Of a stretch of 64,000 nt of DNA, positions 11,290 through 24,725 are shown in pieces. A model generated the notes under the pieces. It was given only the letters and a program-made list of their open reading frames with translations. It did not search any database and was not told the origin of the DNA. The DNA is from Chiloscyllium plagiosum (lineage: Eukaryota): positions 1,496,181 to 1,560,180 of the forward strand of contig NC_057739.1 of NCBI RefSeq assembly GCF_004010195.1. Reading direction: 5' to 3'. Within the stretch, counting starts at the first letter, position 1, and each line of letters begins with the position of its first letter. The position numbers were made by a program, and so were the translations under genes.

Positions 11290-14200
11290 CTTCACTGAGT
11301 CACTGCTGGAAGCCATTCAACTCATTGAGAATATGCCAACCCATTCAGAGTAATCCAATCATAGTCATTCAGTTCATTACCACTTGCTGCCCAATGTAAT
11401 TCTTCATCACATTTTCTTCTGAATGACTTGCCTGAATCGTCAAATCTGTCTCCCTTAACCCTTGCCCTATCAGCAACTGGGAATGGTTTGGTTTTGGATA
11501 CCTTGGACAAATACATCGTGATCTTATACACCTTTATCAAATCTGCCTTCACTCTGGTTTGCTCCAAAGGGACCAACTCCAGCTTCTTCAATCTGACCTT
11601 GCAACTGACATTCCCAATCCCTGGAACCACTTTCGTAAAGCTCCTCTGCTCCCTCTCAAAGACACTCTCACCAATCTCAAACTGTGATGACCAATACTGG
11701 ATGCAAGGCCAAACCAAAGATAAAAAGAGATTCAGAAGAACCTCCTGCCTTTGGATTCACTGCCTTTATCTGTGAGAACAAGATCCCACACATGCTGTTA
11801 ACCATACTCTCAGTATGTACCCACCAACAAGGTCCAAGAGTCGACCACTTGATCATTCGAGACCGTTCCACATGATCAGATTTTAACTTCAACTCTACAT
11901 TCCTGTACATCCTCAATAAGCTTCATCCTTTGGTAATCAAGAATCTGTCCACCTCTGCCTTAAAATATTCAAAGATTCTGCATCCACTACCTTTTGAGGA
12001 AAGGAATTCCAACTCTTAACTCTCAGAGAGAAAAGTAACTTTCATCTGCCTTAAATGGGCACCCCCTTATTTTTAAGCGCTGACTCCTAGTTCTAGTTTC
12101 TTCCACAAGAGGAAAATCTTTCAACATCCGGCCTGTCATTCCCTTCAAGATCTGATATGATTTGATTAAGTCACCTGACTCTTCTAAACTTTAGAGAATG
12201 CAGGTCTAGACTTCTCTTATAAGGCAGTCCACTCACTGCAGATATTAGTCTAGTAAACCTTCTCTCTGAACTGCTTCCAATAGATTAACATTCTTTACTA
12301 AGTACAGTGATCTGTACAGCACACAATACTCCAGATGTGGCCTTACCAAGTCCTTTATAACTGAAGCAGTATCAGGCGGATCCTCTCAGATTAAGTTGTA
12401 ATATTCTGTTAGTTTTCCTGATTGTTTGCTGTACCTGTGTGCTAACCTTCTGTCATTCATACACTAGGACACCCTCTGAATGGGGCTCACTTAGACGTTC
12501 AGAAGGCGTTTGATGAAGATCCATGTGAGAGATTAGAAAGTAAAACACAAAGGATGGGGGTGGTATATTGACATGGACAGCGAACTGATAGGAAACAAAG
12601 AGTAGGGGCTTTTTCTGAGTGGCATCCCCTAATCAGTGGGGTATTGAATGGAACAGTGCTTGCTTTGACCCCAGCTATTCACAATATACAGCAGCGCCTC
12701 GACTTACGAACTTAATCCGTTCCAGAACCCGGTTCACGAACCGAAAAGTTCGCGAACTGAATCAATTTTTCCCATTGTTCGGATAGCGTAAGAATGCTTG
12801 GACGTAACAATGAACGCTGTTCACAGCGCATGCGCCAAAGACGAACTGAATGAGATCACACGGGCCAGAGAGCTTTTGCGTTCAAAGCGCGTGTAGCAAA
12901 GCAGAACAATGAAACCACGTGGTCGCACACGGGCTTTTTGCATTCGTACCTTGAATTTCGTACGTACGTTGAAGCAAAATTTTACGTAAAATCCTGTTCG
13001 TAAACCGATTTGTTCATGTACGGGGTCGTTTGTATGTCGAGGCGCTACTGTATATTAATAGTTTATATGAGGGACTAAATGTAATACATCTAGGTTTGCT
13101 GGGTGGAAGAGTGAGCTGTGAGGAGGACGCTATGTGATTTGGAAAAACAAGAGTGTGCAAATACATGGCAGATGTGGATAAACATAAGGGTATCCAATCT
13201 GCTGGCAAAAACAGGAAAGCAGGTTATTTTCTGAACAGTGATAAATTGGGAAAGGGAGAGGTGAGATGAGACCTGGGTGTTCTTCTGAAAGTAAGCATAT
13301 TTTGATGCAGCAGGCAAAATGGGCAAATGGTATGTAGGCCTTCATAGTGAGATGATTCAAGCACAACAGCAAGGATACCTTGCTGCAATTGTACAGGGTC
13401 TTGGTGAGACCACACCTGGACTACTAGTCTTCTTATATGAGGAAGAATGTCCTGGCAGTGGTAGGAATTCAACACAAGTTTACCAGACTCATTCTTGGGC
13501 TGGCAGGATTGATGTTCGATGAGATACTGAATTGGTTTGGACTATATTCACTGCACTTTAGAAGAGAAGGGATCTCATAGAAGCATATAAAACTCTAAAA
13601 GGACTAGACAGGAGAAATACAGGATGAATGATATTGATGACTGAGTCGAGAACTAGGGATCACACTTTAAGGATAAGAGATAGGCCACTTAGGACGAGGA
13701 TCAAGAGAAATTGCTTCACACACAGAGCTTGTCGAATTCTCTGTCATAGAAAGCTGTTGAGGCCAAAATATTGAATGGTTTTCAAGAATGGGCTGAAGGG
13801 ATCAAAGGGTATGGGGAGAAAATGGGAGCAAGATACTGAGTTGGATGATCAGTCTTGATGAAATTGAATGACAGAGCAGGCTCACACAGCAGAATGGCCT
13901 ACTCCTCCTCCCAACTCTCTACATTTCTATCTCTCTGCATCTCAAGCTTCTGCAAAGTCTCGTCATCAAGAAAATATGCTTTTTTAATTCTGTCTGCCAA
14001 AATAGACAATTTCACACTTTTCTATATTATACTCTATTTGCCAGGTTTTTGCCCACTTAACTTATATATAAATCTTTATGGATACCCCTTATGTCCTCAT
14101 CGCAACTCACTTTCCTACCTACTTTTGTGTCATCAGCAAATTTAGCCGTATCTTTGGTTCCTTCACTCAAATCATTTATCTAAATTGTAAGGAGTTGAGG

Positions 14201-14440
14201 CTCCAGTACTGACCCCAGCAGAGATCATTTGTGACAACTTTTCGGTGTCCAGTTAACATGTCCCTACCAGTGAGGTCAGGCTAACAAGTGTGTAGCTCCC
14301 AGTTTCTTCCTCATTCTTTTCTTAAACAGTAGGGTTACAATGGTAACCTTCCAATCTGCAGAATTTTGGAAGATGACTACCAATGCATCCTCTTTTTTTT
14401 GAGTTACCTTGCAGCACCTTGGACTTGTTGATCTAGGATG
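11290..14440. mobile_element. Cluster of old CR1 fragments in both orientations
   Basis: ORF 11322..11717 (RVKADLIKVYKI), ORF 13319..13522 and similar RT C-terminal remnants. Confidence 0.7.
12689..13050. mobile_element. Non-autonomous Tc1/mariner (Tigger/pogo-like) DNA transposon (MITE), 362 bp
   Basis: TIRs CAGCAGCGCCTCGACTTACGAAC / CAGTAGCGCCTCGACATACAAAC. TA TSD at 12687-12688 and 13051-13052. Inserted in a CR1 RT remnant. Confidence 0.85.
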
Positions 14441-15084
14441 GACCAAAGAAACTGTTATAAGACTGAGAGAGGCTATTTAATCCATCACAAACAAACCAGC
14501 TGCCCATCTAATCCCACATTCCAGCACCTGGTCTATGGCCTTGTCTCAGAATGTTCCTGCACAGATTTCCTGAGCTCAGAGACATCCTTATCTTATTGTT
14601 ACAACATCACCAGCATGAGTGAACCAATAAAGGTAAGGTGCTAAGAAAGGTCACACATCACACAAATAATCAAACAGCACTATTAAAGGAGGGACCTACA
14701 TTTAATGCTACCGATGACGGTGTAACTTTGAACAATGAGCTCTTATCTCATACACATGCATAGCTACAAATTCAGTTAGGTTCTGTACAGGAATATATCA
14801 GGAAACAAACAAACCTCTGAGTTGACTCTATCCAAACAAATCAAAGGCATCTCTTACTTGAACAAGATCATAATTACTTGCAATTGAGGCCACAGGAGGG
14901 TCTGATAACTGAACGGACCCTCATTTAGTGCTTTCTCAGTGCTTTCTCCCCACTTTGCCTTGGCAGCAGCTTATTGCTTATATATTCAATCGCTTACATA
15001 ATCCAAGAGATTTGGGTTGCATTTTTCTGACAGGCTGGGTATGAGAAGGTTGTCAATGCCTGAAGGTGGGTCCTCTCAGTCTTG

Positions 15085-15254
15085 AAAATGTGTTGCTGGA
15101 AAAGCGCAGCAGGTCGGGCATAAGCCCTTCTTCAGGGAGGGCTTATGCCCGAAACGTCGATTCTCCTGTTCCTTGGATGCTGCCTGACCTGCTGCGCTTT
15201 TCCAGCAACACATTTTCAGCTCTGATCTCCAGCATCTGCAGCCCTCACTTTCTC
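15085..15254. mobile_element. Palindromic Penelope-derived short element (family A), left arm internally deleted
   Basis: Inverted arms (aaaatgtgttgctggaaaagcgcagcaggtc and gggcataagccct). 14-bp TSD tcctctcagtcttg at 15071-15084 and 15255-15268. Confidence 0.85.
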
Positions 15255-16017
15255 TCCTCTCAGTCTTGGTGACTAAATGGATTGTCTGCCTTTCAGTTCA
15301 CAGGGAATACAATTAGGTTATGCCATGTAAGAGATACACTAGCTCAGCTCTGAAGCTGGAGATGCTCCACAGATTAGAAAAGAGACAGAGAAGAGACAGA
15401 AACAGGGATAATGTTTTTGGTGGACAGCCTTTCGTGAGAACTGAGAGAGGTTAAAAACACAACATAAAGAGAAGATTTAATGATATTAGTTGAAGGTTTA
15501 GAGACAGGTAGGAAAGCTTTATTCATGACAAGAGAGATGGGGTCTGAAACTGGAAAGGGATAGAGATAAAAACCACATCTATTTAAAATACCTGGATATG
15601 TACTTGACTTGCCAAAACCGGGAAGGGCAAAATGAGCTACAGACCGATAGCTGCAAAGTGGATTTGGCTCTTTTTCAGCCAGTGCAGACACAATGGATCA
15701 AATGGTCTCTTTTCATTCCATAAATTTTCTACATTTCTGCAGATCAGAATTATTATTCAGTAACGGGCTTTTGAAAAGATCCTTTCAACAGTTAGGTTCA
15801 AGTTTGTAGAGAAATACGATGAAGTGCAATTGCTGAGTGTTTCATATAGCTCAAATGCGAAGCTCTGCTGCAATTAATGTAAACTTTGAGCAGTCACCAA
15901 TCGTCTAGCGATTGTACAATAGCAGCTCCCTGTCACAGAGCACACAAAGGAGGCATTCACAAAATGTCACCACCACAGCTCATCTCTGGAAGTCCATGAG
16001 AATTTTTAACAACTTAC

Positions 16018-16152
16018 TTTTACCATGTTCAATGCTCTGTCAAGTTTAGTGATTGTGCCTTTGGTCCCCAATTGCAAAGCATCTTCCAGGGTTTGCCGAG
16101 CCTCCAGCCACTGGCCCAGTCTGCTGTACACTGCAGCCAAGTTGTACAGAAC
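16018..16152 (-). CDS. NOXA1: NOXA1-like coding exon (TPR4 region)
   Basis: ttcccag|GTT CTG TAC AAC...ATG GTA AAA|gtaagt. 135 bp, phase 0 to 0, encoding VLYNLAAVYSRLGQWLEARQTLEDALQLGTKGTITKLDRALNMVK (inside ORF 16006..16275). In frame with both neighbouring exons. Confidence 0.9.
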
Positions 16153-16409
16153 CTGGGAAATGATAGCAAGAATAAGAATTAACTTGCATTGGGACAATAT
16201 TGCACAATAATGATTCATACCCTCAGAATTTCTACCTAAACTGAGGGTGCGCCTTAAAACATTCAGTTGCTGCATTTGGTTGAACTAGTGACAGGGGTGG
16301 TGTTGACTTCTGTGCCAGTAAAGAGCAGTGTCACTGTTGATGACAATATGGTGAGCTTTTTCAGAATTACATACTAGTAAATAGAACAGGGACAGCCATT
16401 CAGCTCAAC

Positions 16410-17690
16410 CTGTTGTGTGTATATGGAATGAGCTGCCCGAGGAAGTGGTAGAGGCTGGTATAATTACATTTAAAAGGCATTTGGATGGATACATGAAATA
16501 GGAAGGGTTTAGAGGGATGCAGGCCAAATGCTGGCAAATGGAACAAGTTTATATTGGGATATCTGATCTGTGCGGACAAGTTAGACCGAAGGGTCCAAGT
16601 TTCTATTCTGTATGACTCTTATGGTTCTATGACTCTGTGCGTGACAGTTGTGAGCAATTATCCAATTAAACCCATTCCCCTCATTGCCATGAAAATGCTT
16701 TTCCTTTAAGTAATCCAAATTCATTTTGAAAATTACTGTTGTATTTGCTTCAATTGCCTTCTAATGCACTCCACATCATAAAATTCAGTTTGTGAAAAAA
16801 AATCTCACTCATCTCCATCTCCGCTCCCCACTTCTTTCATCAATTACTGTAAATCAGTGGCCTCCGTTTACTGACTGACCACTAAACGTCACATCTGGAC
16901 TTTGAAAGGCAAATCATGTCTTAAACAGTCATAGAGATGTACAGCACGAAAACAGACCCTTCAGTCCGACTTGTCCATGTTGACCAAATATCCTAAATTA
17001 ATCTAGTCCCATTTACCACCACTTTGTCCATATCCCTCTAAACTCTTTCTATTCATATACCCATCTAAATGTGTTTTAAATGTTGTAATTGTACCAGCCT
17101 CCACCACTTCTTATGACAGCTCATTCCATACACACACCACCCTTTGCGTGAAAACATTGCCCCTTAGGTCCCTTTTAAATCTATCCCTTCTCACCCTAAA
17201 CCTATAGTCAGCATATGGAATGCTTAAGGAGAAGAGAGAGGCTGAATCAATTCAGTCTAGTAGGAAGAAGTTTGAGTTATAAGAAGAGGTTGGATAGCTT
17301 AAGATTCTTTTTCCCTGGTGTGCAGGAGGCTGAGGGGTGACCTTATAGTGATCTATAAAATCATGAGAGGTGTAGATAAGCCGACAGTAGGGGAGTCTAA
17401 ACCTACAGGGCATTGGTTTAAAGGTGAGAAGGAAGAGGTACAAAAAGAGCCAGAGGGGCAATTTTTTCACACAGAAGGTGATGATTGTCTGGAATGAGCT
17501 GCCAGGGGTGGTAGTTGAAGCAAGTACAATTTTGTCATCTAGTAGTACATTTAGACAGGTACGTGAATGGGGTAGGAATGAAGGGATATGGACCAAACGG
17601 GGGCAGATGAAACTAGTTTAAAATGTGAAAACCAGGCAGCATGGGCAAGTGTGACCGAAAGGCCTATTTCCATATCTCTATGACTGTAAC
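16410..17690. mobile_element. CR1 3'-end fragments (plus 16410-16640, minus 16925-17205, plus 17270-17690)
   Basis: tggaatgagctgcc..gaggctggtacaattacaacatttaaaaggcat motif and ctatgactct tails in both orientations. Confidence 0.8.
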
Positions 17691-17699
17691 ATGTAGAGC

Positions 17700-19398
17700 C
17701 AGGTTAATGAACATGGCAGGACTACAGTCTGAAGTGTATTTATTGTACTGCAAGGACTATAACAGATAAGGCAGATGAGCTTAGAACCTGGAATCATCCA
17801 TGGGACTGTGACATGGCAGCCATTGCAGAAATATCATTAAGAGAAGGGCAGACTGGCAGTTCAACATTCCAGAGTTTAAATGTTTCAGGAATGATAGATA
17901 GGGATGTAAAAGGGATGGAGGAGTTGCATTACTGATAAAGGAGAATGTCACAGCCGTAGTAAGAGAGGACACCTTGAAGGAATATCCAGCATGACAATAT
18001 GGCTAAGACTTAGAAATAAAAAAGGTGCAACCACTGTGATGCGGTTATACTATCGGCGTCCCAGTAGCAGCAGGAATTAGAGAAACAGGTATGTATGCAA
18101 TCAAGGAAAGATATGAAAATTATAGAGTTGTGGTAGTGGGTGATTTCCCAATATTCATTGGGGTGCCCAGACGTTTAGATGGGGCAGAATTTGTCGGATA
18201 CATCCAAGAGGATTCTTGAAACAATATGTGGATAGCCCAACTGGGGAAGGGGCTGTACTAGATGCTGTACCAGGGAATTAGCCTGGTCAAGTGATCACAG
18301 TTGCAGTAGAGGAGCTGTGATCATAATCCCGTTAGGTTTAGGATAGTTATAGAAAGGGATAAGACTGGTCCTCATGTGAAGGTACTAAATTGGAGGAAGA
18401 CTAGTTACAACAGTATTAAGCAGGGAGTGTGTGAGGTTCTTAATGAGTATTTTGCATAAGTATTCACCAAGGAGAAGACATGGATGTTGGTAAGTATATA
18501 GAGGGGCTTGTTGATACTAAGATACTAAGATGTTGATATTAAGAAGGTGGTGGTGTTAGGTGTCTTGAAAAGCATTAAATTAGATAAGTCCCCAGCACCT
18601 GATGGGATCAATGCCAGGATACTGAATGGGGCATGGATTGCTGGGGCCTTGACAGAGAGATCTGCATTCTGTTTAGCCCCAGGCCAAGTCCCTGAAGACT
18701 GGAGAATTGCCAATGCTGTTCCTTTACATAAGAATGGCAACAGGAATAATCTAGAAAATTGTAGGTAGGTGAGCCTTACATCAGCGGTAGGAAAATTAGA
18801 TTTTAACAGGCATGATTTACATGCACATAGAGAAGAATGGACTTATTTGGGTTAGTCAGCATGGCTTTATGCAGGGGATGTCTTGTCTCAAAAATGTGAC
18901 TGAGATTTTGGGGAAGCAATAAAGATGATTGATCCCGATAAGGCAGTGGATGTTGTCTACATGGGCTTTACTTTAGCATTTGACAAGGTTGATCATGGCA
19001 GGCTGGTCCAGAAGTTCAAATTGCATGGAAGCCATGGTGAGTTAACAAGTTAGACATGAAATTGGCTTGGTAACAGAAGACAAAGGGTAGTTGTGGATGG
19101 GTGTTTTTTTGACTGGATATTGGAGATCAATAAGGTTCAGCACTGGGACCTCTGTTATTTGTAATAAAATGTCAGTGGTCTGATTATTACATTTGTAGAT
19201 GACACAAAAAGTAGTGGAGTTGTAGGTAATGAGGAAGGATATTAAAGATTGCAGGATATAGATCAGCTGGAAATTTGGGTGGAGAAATGACAGATGCAGT
19301 TCATGAGTATAAGATGATGCATTTTGGGAGGTCAAATGCAAGAGGAAGGTATAGTGTGTTACGACACGAGGTCGCCACTCCCCCCCCCCCTCCCCCCG

Positions 19399-19431
<33 letters not shown>

Positions 19432-20812
19432 CACACACACACTTAAACCAGCAATACAGACAAGTTTTATCCTATGCTGTAAGCTGCTAACATTTGAGAG
19501 GCCAATAACTATCCCAAAGGTCACTACTTAAAGTAAAAATTAACAACTTTATTTTTTTAAAAAGTCCAACCGAGAATAATTAACTAACAACTATTTACAA
19601 CTCCTTTCTCTAACCTAACTTTTGTTTTCCCTTCTATAATACCGGTCTAATAAACCCCACGATTAAGATTTACTAAAAAATTCAAATTTCAAAACCAGCC
19701 AGCTGTCAAACCTTCTCTTTGTATCTTCTTCTGTCTTCTTTTCTTCTTAGTGTTTCTGTTTCACAGGTCATCAATAGATAAAGGTACCTTTAAGAGAGCT
19801 CTTCTGGGGGAAGTCTGCATATGTTGGTGGCTTGGCAGTTCTCCCCCAATTGTTCAATTTTTCCCGATCTTATATCCCAAAGCATTAGATCATTTTGTTG
19901 GTTTTAATGTTATCAAAATACCAAAATCAAACTTGAAGTTTATTATCATGGGGCATAACTTAAACTGATTGGCCGAATTTGAATTTGTTTTTGTCTCATA
20001 GCAAACCATGTACCAAATGTTCTATTGTAAATTCTCCAGCACTGTGTGTGCTTGCTAAGACATTCAACTCTCTTAAAGGTACAGTACTCCTTACACCTTC
20101 ATAACAAGTATAAATGGCCAGATGTTTCAGAGCATTGATATACAGAGGGATCTTGGGGTCCAAGTCTATAGCTTCCTGAAAGTAGCAACACAAGTGGATA
20201 ATGTGGTAAAGAAGGCATACGGCATGCTTGCCTTCATCAGTCAGGGCATTGAGTATAAAAGTTGGCAAGTCATATTGCAACTACATAAGTCTTTGGTTAG
20301 GCTACATTTGGAGTACTGTACACAGTTTTGGTTCCCTCGCTATAGGAAGGATAGAGAGGGTGCAGAAGAGATTGACCAGGATATTGCCTGGATTGGAGTG
20401 TATTAGCTGTAAGAAGAGGTTGGAAAAACTTGGACTGTTTCGCTAGAGCATCAGAGATTGAAGGCAACCTGATGGAGTTATATAAAATAATGAGAGGGTA
20501 AATAGTCAAAGTCTCTTTCCCAAGGTGGAAATGTCAAATACTAGGGGGCATAGTTTAAGGTGAGAAGGGAAAGTTTAAAAGGAGATGTGCAAGATGGTTT
20601 TTTGTCTGATTTTACACAGAGGATAGTAGGTGTCCAAAATGTGCCACTGGGGAGGTGGTAGAAGCAGATACAATAGCAAAATTGAAGAGGCATTTAGACA
20701 GACATAACAGGCAGAGAACAGGGATACAGATTGGTTTGGTTTAGAATAATTTAGTGGTTGGCACAGAAATGGTGGGCCAAATGGCCTGTTCCTGCGCTGT
20801 ACTGTTCTACAT
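17700..20812 (+). mobile_element. CR1 LINE ORF2 (APE endonuclease, RT, 3' end), interrupted by a solo LTR
   Basis: Endonuclease remnants (GGGVALLIK, VVVGDF), KSPAPDG/PEDWRIANAVPL (ORF 18547..18768), RT C-terminus (ORF 20122..20406) and 3' tail. Confidence 0.85.
19357..20106 (-). mobile_element. Solo LTR (750 bp, Gypsy/ERV-like)
   Basis: Inverted termini TGTTACGA...TCATAACA (TG..CA). 4-bp flanks agtg/agta. Cleanly interrupts a CR1 RT. AATAAA on the minus strand near 19550. Contains (GACA)n(CA)n. Confidence 0.75.
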
Positions 20813-20859
20813 TCACACAAATGCCAGGCATTTTAACATCTTCAATAACAACCTAACCA

Positions 20860-21530
20860 TCACATTCTGACATTTAATGCTGTTACCATCACTGAATTCC
20901 CCCACTATCAACATTCTGGGGACTACCATTGGATTCGCCATTTAAATACAGTGGCTTCAAAAGCAGGTCAGAGGCTAGGAAAACTGGCAAGTAACTCACC
21001 TCCTGACTCCCCAAAGCCCGTCTACCATCTACAAGGCACAAGGCAGGAGTGTGATGGAATACTCCCCACTTGTTTGGATGAGTGCAGTTCCAACAATACT
21101 CAATAAGCTTGACACTTTCCAGGAAAAAGCAGCTCACTTGATTGGCATCACATCTGTAAGCATCCACTCCCACTCCTAGACATTCAGTAGCAGCTGTACT
21201 ATCAACAAGATACATTGCAGAAAGTCACCAAAGATCCTTAGAAAGGATCTTTGAAACCCACAACTACTTCACCCAAGAAGGACAAGGGCAGTAGATGCAA
21301 TGGGAACACCATCACTGCAAGCTCCCATCCAAACCACTCACCATCCTCACTTAGAGATATATAACTATTGCTAGGTTACAATCCTGGAACTGCCCTCTTA
21401 ACAGCATTGTGGATCTATGACAGCAACAGTTCAAGAAGACAGCTCACCAGCATCATCTCAAGGACAACTATGGACCAGCAACAAATTTTGACCAGCCAGT
21501 GAGGGCTATATGCCATGAGAGAATATAAAA
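20860..21530 (+). mobile_element. 3' portion of L2/Crack-like LINE
   Basis: ggagtgtgatggaatactccccacttg..tggatgagtgcag and aagaagacagctcaccagcatcatctcaagg tail, shared with the copies at about 5200 and 26000. Confidence 0.65.
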
Positions 21531-21699
21531 AAACAAACTGAGTGTTACTGTCCTGTATTAATGTTGCTTTTATTTGGAGTAAAAGACTGCATACACAGAG
21601 TTCTAGAATTTCCTGTTTCTGAGAAATATTTCTCATTGGAAAGTTTAAAACTCAAAATGCAAGACTGTTCAGATGGAGTCCACTGATTCAACCGTTCAT

Positions 21700-24445
21700 A
21701 CAAGAGTCATAGAATCATGCAGTACGGAACGGGCCCTTCTACCCATTGAGTTGGTAATGCCAAAAATACACACTATGCTAGTTCCACTTTCCCCCACTAA
21801 GCACACAGCCTTGAATATATGGCACTTCAAACAACAAAGAAAGAACAATGCAGCACAGGAACACACCCTTTGCCTCTCCAAGCCTGCACCGCCACGTTTT
21901 GGCCCCGCAATACTAAAACCTTTGTTACTTACAGGATCCCTATCCCTCTATTCCTTTCCTATTCATGTATTCATCCAGCTGTTTTTTGAATGCTTCCATC
22001 ACCTCCTCTGGCAATGCATTCCAGGCAATCACCACCCTCTGTGTTAAAAACATGCCTCGTACATCTCTCTTAAACTTCTCCCCTCACACCTTGAACCTGT
22101 GGCCCCTAGTAATTGACCCTTCCACCTTGGAAAATAGCATCATAGTTTCCACTCTATCCATGTCATTCACAATCTTATGAACTACTATTAGATCGCCCCG
22201 TAACCTCCCGCGTTCCAGTGAAAACAAACTCAGTCTAGCCAACCTTTCTTCATTGCTACAATTACCCATACCAACATCCTGGTAAACCTTTTCTGTACTC
22301 TCTCCAAAGCATCCACATCCTTCTGATAGTGTGGCGATCAGAACTGTAGGCAATATTCCAAGTGTGGCCTAACTAAAGTTCTATGAAGCTGCAGCTTAAC
22401 GTGTCTATCCTTATACTCAAAGCCCCTTCCAATGACAGCATGTTTGCCATAAGCTTTTCTTTAAACTACCATATCTACCTGCGCTGCCACCTTCAGTGAT
22501 TTGTGGACCTGCACACCCAGATCCCACTGCATATCAATACTCCTAAGGCTTTTGCCATTCACTGTATAATTTCTAACTGTACTTGACCTTCCAAAATACA
22601 TCACTTCACAGTTATCCAGATTAAACTCCATCTGCCAATTTTCTGCCCATGCCTCCAACTGATTGATATCTTGGTGTATCCTCTGACAATGCTCCATACT
22701 ATCTGTAGATTTTTAGCATGAATGGACATTTTGGTCGGCATGGACCAGTTCGGGCCAAAGAGCCTGTCTCTGTGCTGTAGGACTATGTGAACTCCACCAA
22801 TCTTTTCTCATCCACAAATTTACTAATTAGGTCAGCTACATTTTCCTCCAAATCATTTATGTAGACCATGAACAGCAGATGTCCCAGCTCTGATCCCAGG
22901 ACACCACTAGTCACAGTCATAGAACATAGAACAGTACAGCACAGAACAGGCCCTTCGGCCAATGATGTTGTGCCGAGGATTAATCCTAATGTAAAATAAA
23001 ATAACCTTACCTACGCACCCCTCAATTCACTGCTGTCTATGTGCATATACAGCAGGCACTTAAATATCCCTAATGACTCTGCCAGTTGTAGTGGTTGAAG
23101 CAAAGTGTTCCATGCATTCACAACTCTGCATAAAGAACCTACCTCTGGCGTCTCCTCTATACCTTCCTATTAATATCTTAAACCTATGACCCCTTGTGCC
23201 AGTCAATCCTGGATAGTGAAGAAGGCGTTTGGTATGCGTTTCTTTATTGGTCAGAGCATTGAGTATAGGAGTTGAGAGGTTATGTTGCAGCTGTATAGGA
23301 CATTGGTTAGGCCACTTTTGGAATATTGCATGCAATTCTGGTCTCCTTCCTATTGGAAGCATATTGTGAAACTTGAAATGGTTCAGAAAAAATGTTCAAA
23401 GATGTTGCCACAGTTGAAGGCGAGGTTGAATAGGCTGGGGCTGTTTTTCCTGGAATATCGGAGGCTTAGGGGTGACCTTATGGGGCATGGATAGGATAAG
23501 TAGACAAAGTCTTTTCCTGGGGTCGGGAAACCCAGAACAAGAGGGCATAAATTTAGGGTGAGAGGTGAAAAATTTCAAAGAGACCTTAGGAGCAACTTTT
23601 TCACGCAGAGGGCAGCGTGTATATGGACTGAGCTGTCAGAGGAAATGGTGGAGGCTGGTACAATTACAACATTTAGTCATAGAGTCATAGAGATGTACAG
23701 CATGGAAACAGACCCTTCGGTCCAACCTGTCCATGCCGACCAGATATCCCAACCCAATCTAATCCCACCTGCCAGCACCCAGCCCATATCCCTCCAAACC
23801 CTTCCTATTCACATACCCATCCAAATGCCTCTTAAATGTTGCAATTGTACCAGCCTCCACCTCATCCTCTGGCAGCTCATTCCATACACGTACCACCCTC
23901 TGTGTGAAAAGGTTGCCCCTTAGATCTCTTTTATATCTTTTCCCTCTCACCCTAAACCTATGCCCTCTAGTTCTAGACTCCCCGACCCCAGGGAAAAGAC
24001 TTTGTCTATTTATCCCATCCATGCTCCTCATAATTTTGTAAACCTCTATAAGGTCACCCCTCAGCCTCCGACACTCCAGCGAAAACAATCCAGCCTGTTC
24101 AGCCTCTCCCTATAGCTCAAATCCTCCAACCCTGGCAACATCCTTGTAAATCTTTTCTGAACCTTTTCAAGTTTCACAACATCTTTCCAAGATGAAGGAG
24201 ACCAGAATTACATGCAATATTCCAACAGTGGCCTAACCAATGTCCTGTACAGCCGCAACATGACCTCCCAACTCCTGTACTCAATACTCTGACCAATAAA
24301 GGCAGCTGGATGGGTATATGAACAGGAAGGGTTTAGAGGGATATGGGCCGGGTGCTGGTAAATAGGACTGGATTAGGTTGGGATATCTGGGCAGCATCAG
24401 CTGGACCAAAGGGTCTTTTTCGGTGCTGCACATCTCTATGACATT
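21700..24445. mobile_element. Nested CR1 3' fragments in alternating orientation
   Basis: ORFs 22084..22353(-), 22461..22697(-), 23282..23494(+) and 23759..24088(-) all encode CR1 RT C-terminus (RLRGDLIEVYKIM, TRGHRF). Confidence 0.85.
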
Positions 24446-24725
24446 TGGAAAGAGCTGTTAGGGATGGGCAGGGCTGGCCTAGCTACTGACACCCAGATCC
24501 TGTGAAAGCATAAAAGAAAATTGCAGTTTTCAACAGAACAATGAAGGAACCAAAGCCCATGGTAATGTTGATTAACTCTCTTGGGGACAGGATCTCACAG
24601 TGGAGTTGTTTTGTTTAAAATGTTACAGGATGTAATCATTCAAATTTACTGTTCCCTCATTTTCACCTGAACGAAGCAAGATGGGAAAATGGCAAGTGGT
24701 ACTAGAAGCACTATAGTTTTCTTAC

